Shown piece after piece: positions 35,709-39,075 of a DNA stretch of 39,075 nucleotides. Under the pieces are notes generated by a model. The model saw nothing but the letters and a program-made list of their open reading frames with translations. It had not been told where the DNA came from and ran no database searches. A program made the translations under genes and the position numbers. The DNA is taken from positions 1 through 39,075 of the forward strand of contig ADNK01000020.1 of NCBI GenBank assembly GCA_000320545.1, given 5' to 3'. Position 1 is the first letter of the stretch; every line of letters starts with the position of its first letter. This DNA is from Bigelowiella natans CCMP2755. Taxonomy: Eukaryota; Protista; Cercozoa.

Positions 35709-37228
35709 TTATAACTCAATTTCTTCAACACCGTCTTCATCAACCTTCTCTACAGTCTTCGGATTCTTAATTTTCTCCAGTTTCACCATGATTCCCTTCT
35801 TTGGCATACAATCGAAGTACTTCTTACCCTTGACAACGCCCGAATTACTCCTGATGCCGGGGAGGGGATGATGAGTTCAATGAGTAAAAAACTATGATTA
35901 ATATATACGTACCTTTATACACAGAAATAAAATCACGTGGTGTATCTATATAACCTCTCCCTCTATAGATCTCTTCCATGTGTTCGTGAAGAGAAGCGAG
36001 TCATCATTTTGTGTGGGGTGTATGAGTCCTACCCGGTCCCAGAGAACAGCTCCATTCCGACCCATATTCCTCTTGCGCAGTGTAATTTACCGAGGAACCG
36101 AATGATTCCCCGCCTTCCATCAATTGTGCTGACTTTCATGCCCACCTTCATTCCGTTTTCTGAGAAACAAGAGAGTGTCATGCTATAGCCTCTTTGTTGA
36201 GCATCACGAACATAGGCTCCAATGTCTCTCAATCGAGAATACAGATGATTCAACTCTGCAGCAACAATGCACGACAAAGGCCGTCGGTGCGCAGTTTTTT
36301 TGAACAAATATTTCTTTTGAGTAATTTTCATCTGTTTATCTTAGCTCGTACCTTTTTTCTCAGATGGTTTCTGCTGTATTGGCTTCTCCGTTTTCGTTCC
36401 GTCAGCTGATGCTGCCGTTTTAGGGTTTTGAGTCTTCTTATCAAGCTTAGGCTCTCGATCTTTCGCATCTGGAATCCTCTTCTTGGTAGCAGCTTTGGAG
36501 GAGGCGGTAGGGCTCTGTTAAGATAGTGCCTTTGATCAATTTGGACGCATGGAACATTCAAATCAACAGATAAGATGTAACATTTGTGCACCTTCGTCTT
36601 TGTAGCTAATCTAATATTGAGCGCTTTGCTCTGTCCTGCTGCTAATGGAAAATAAAACAATTAATGGAGATCAGAAAACTTTCAGCACTGTCTAGCACCT
36701 TTTCGAGCAGCAGCTTTTTGCTGAGCAGCTGCCTTCCGATCTTTCAAAGCCTGGTGGTAGATAAGTCGTAAAAATGGGGTAAAATCTCCGAAGAAATAAA
36801 ACGTTGCATTGATTAAAGCAGCGTAAGCTATAACGATGTATTAATGAATACACTGAATTGTTTCTTGTACTCCATGAGCTTCTGCTTGAGCATCTGAATT
36901 TTTTTATCCTTCTCAGCCAGGATCTTCTCTTCATTTTCGGGGTCCATCGTTGCAGCAGCAGCAGTCCCTTTACCTGGGAGAAGGATGAATATGGTAAATG
37001 AAATGGTAATACCTCTTAGAGTAGGTTCGATTTGGCAGATGCCTGACCACCTTGAACAGCTTTTTGTTTGGCCATGATTTTGGAGAGCTCCGTTTTCTTG
37101 GAGAGGAACTTGGCCTTCCAGTCGGAGCATAGCTTCTCTCTTCGCTTCAAATCTTCTTTTAGAGAGTTCAGAGTTTTTTGAAGCTCTTCAACGGACACAG
37201 TAGCCGTGGACACCTCGTCGTTGGCCAT
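35709..37228 (-). CDS. Coiled-coil protein with C-terminal CAP-Gly domain
   Basis: MANDEVSTATVSVEELQKTLNSLKEDLKRRE... coiled-coil exons. The CAP-Gly domain is split by an intron: KVGMKVSTIDGRRGIIRFLGKLHCARGIWVGMELFSGTG / SNSGVVKGKKYFDCMPKKGIMVK. Stop at 35709. Confidence 0.85.
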
Positions 37229-37585
37229 TGTTGGTCAAGTTGGAAGTTCTTATGGAAGTTCAAGTGCCGAACCTGGTGGCGGATGGCTTCTATGTCGCAG
37301 CCGGTGTGCCGCAACATAGGAGATTGTTGGCGTGCGACATGATGAAAGTTTTGTCTCATGAGAAGAATATAAACAACAATCGATATTATCGACAATGATC
37401 CATCTATGGCAGGTCTTTTCTACTCTGCGCCATGGCAGATTCGCTTCAAAGATGACGAAGGCATGTGGATTGAAGAAATTCTGTGGATTTCTGTCCTTCT
37501 GCCTGCGATTTTGGTTGTCGCTTGTATAAAATTACAACTGTACGCACGAGCGACAGCGCGACACGTACTACTCGAAAGCTCCGCT

Positions 37586-37869
37586 ATGTTCTCAGACATC
37601 GTGGGATGGAAGCTCGGCCTTCTAATCGATGGGCTTCTCGTCTCTCACCTTGGAGCATTTGTAATTACTTGCAGTGCTTCTCTTTACTAATATGTTTTAA
37701 AAACAAAATTCACTCGCTCTTTCCGGAAACTTGTTGCATTACTTCGCTAACGATGCTTCTTTCTTACAATGTGTTACAAAATATTTGATATGCTGCACAG
37801 ATGTATTGGGCATACGCTACATACAATGAGATTCAGAAACAACAACAGCGAAGAAAGAAAGATAAGTAG
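37586..37869 (+). CDS. Small spliced membrane protein (47 aa; 107 aa if the in-frame ATG at 37406 is used) ending in KKxx
   Basis: Exon 37586-37660, intron 37661-37800 (gtaatt...gcacag), exon 37801-37869: MFSDIVGWKLGLLIDGLLVSHLGAF|MYWAYATYNEIQKQQQRRKKDK-stop. Confidence 0.6.
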
Positions 37870-38277
37870 TATTGCTCCCTCGCAAGAAAATGAAAGAATA
37901 TCCTGCGAAGCGATCAATACCTCTTTATGTATTGTTGAGACAAAATACAACATTGTTACACAGTGCCCAAGATTATAGATTATGTAGAGACGTTTAATTG
38001 CCACTATATGCAATTCTATCGTAGACTTAGTCGAATAACTCTGATATGCAATGTGATTAATTTGGATACGGTTGTGAATATAACCAGCGCTTGTTCTTAA
38101 TCGAAGACGCTCCATTGCTGCTGAGCACATGCGTAACACACTTATATCAGGCACGTGAGCAACTTGTTGGAGTGTTAGTATTACTGCTATGTGCATGTGC
38201 ATGATGCCACGCTGCTTGTCGTACATCACGCGGCTGCAATGTAGCGAGCAAGGATGCGATGCGATGCATGTAGCATA

Positions 38278-38455
38278 TATGAGACGGATGTAATGAAATG
38301 TTTAAATTGTTTCAATGGTCATCCTAATGTAGCTGTGCAATGCAGCGGCTACAGCGCTTAAATTGTATCTATTTGTTTCCTTGGTCACATGGCGCATGCA
38401 TGAAAATGCATCCTGTTTTGGTCTAGCATGGCGCGCTTTGCGCGCAGCTTCTCGA
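38278..38455 (-). repeat. Dispersed repeat family, copy B (inverted relative to copy A)
   Basis: The reverse complement aligns with 12055-12235 over ~180 bp, with scattered substitutions. Confidence 0.9.
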
Positions 38456-39075
38456 AAAAATATATATCCCTCATGGGTCGCAATACGTCGCAGCTACTCT
38501 TACCCGAAAGTATGCGTACACGTGTCCCATATAGCGTCAATTATTATTAGCTATGTCGCCTGTTGCATGATGTTTACGCATAGCTAGATAGTCTACTAAA
38601 CCATCGCGCGCAATGGATGCCATAGCATGCTAGCTAGCGAGCATGGCTGGCTAGCTGGCGGAGATGATGTCCGCTACGTTACGTGTGCATGCATCAGGCC
38701 GGGAGCCCAACTAGCCAATAACTACGGCACGTGCATGTCAAACAGTCCCGTGAGCAATTTCTCCGTGCACAGATCAGAGGTGTAGAAAGCAAATGATTTT
38801 CTACTCCTATTTTGGTGTGTGTGGTCATGCTTATATGGTTACGGTAAGAATAGTTGCACACTTATCGATTTTTAACATTGTACAGAAATATCTTTGTAAA
38901 ATTAATTAATGAAATTCATTCATACATCATTAAAGCATTTATAAAGCTGCTAGTTAAGCGGCGTTGTCCGTAGGCTCATGATTATTACTGTAATCCGAGA
39001 TAGATTTGACTTCAACCTGCGCCTCAAGAAACTCGCAGCACGCGTAGCTCTCCGTGAAGTGCACTCGGAAACAAT

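Noticed and set aside
37774-38229. 151 aa minus-strand ORF with a hydrophobic C-terminus
   Set aside because: No recognisable domain; overlaps the better-supported plus-strand exon 37801-37869 and TG/CA-rich intergenic sequence.
1-39075. tRNA, rRNA or autonomous transposon/viral genes
   Set aside because: No cloverleaf, rRNA-like segment, or transposase, reverse transcriptase or integrase motif recognised by eye.

Overview
Intron-rich eukaryotic nuclear DNA, probably from a protist; the lineage cannot be fixed from the sequence. I could reconstruct ten spliced genes by eye. In order: Rictor (minus, runs off the left edge); an APS kinase-ATP sulfurylase-pyrophosphatase triple fusion with an N-terminal membrane/targeting leader; an NHL-repeat single-pass receptor with a tyrosine-kinase-type catalytic loop and a large Tyr-rich insert; RabL3; a signal-anchored hypothetical protein; CtIP/Sae2; a hypothetical protein with duplicated exons; a PPR protein fused to a TrmB-type tRNA m7G methyltransferase; a coiled-coil CAP-Gly protein; and a small spliced membrane protein ending in KKxx. 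The intergenic gaps carry a dispersed ~180 bp repeat family. One copy is split by a 383 bp TIR element with a 4 bp target-site duplication. Several intergenic patches are almost devoid of TpA while keeping CpG, and repeat copies differ by TA/CA/TG swaps, which suggests a repeat-associated TpA (A-to-G) hypermutation process. Exon boundaries and all counts were made manually and need computational and RNA-seq confirmation.
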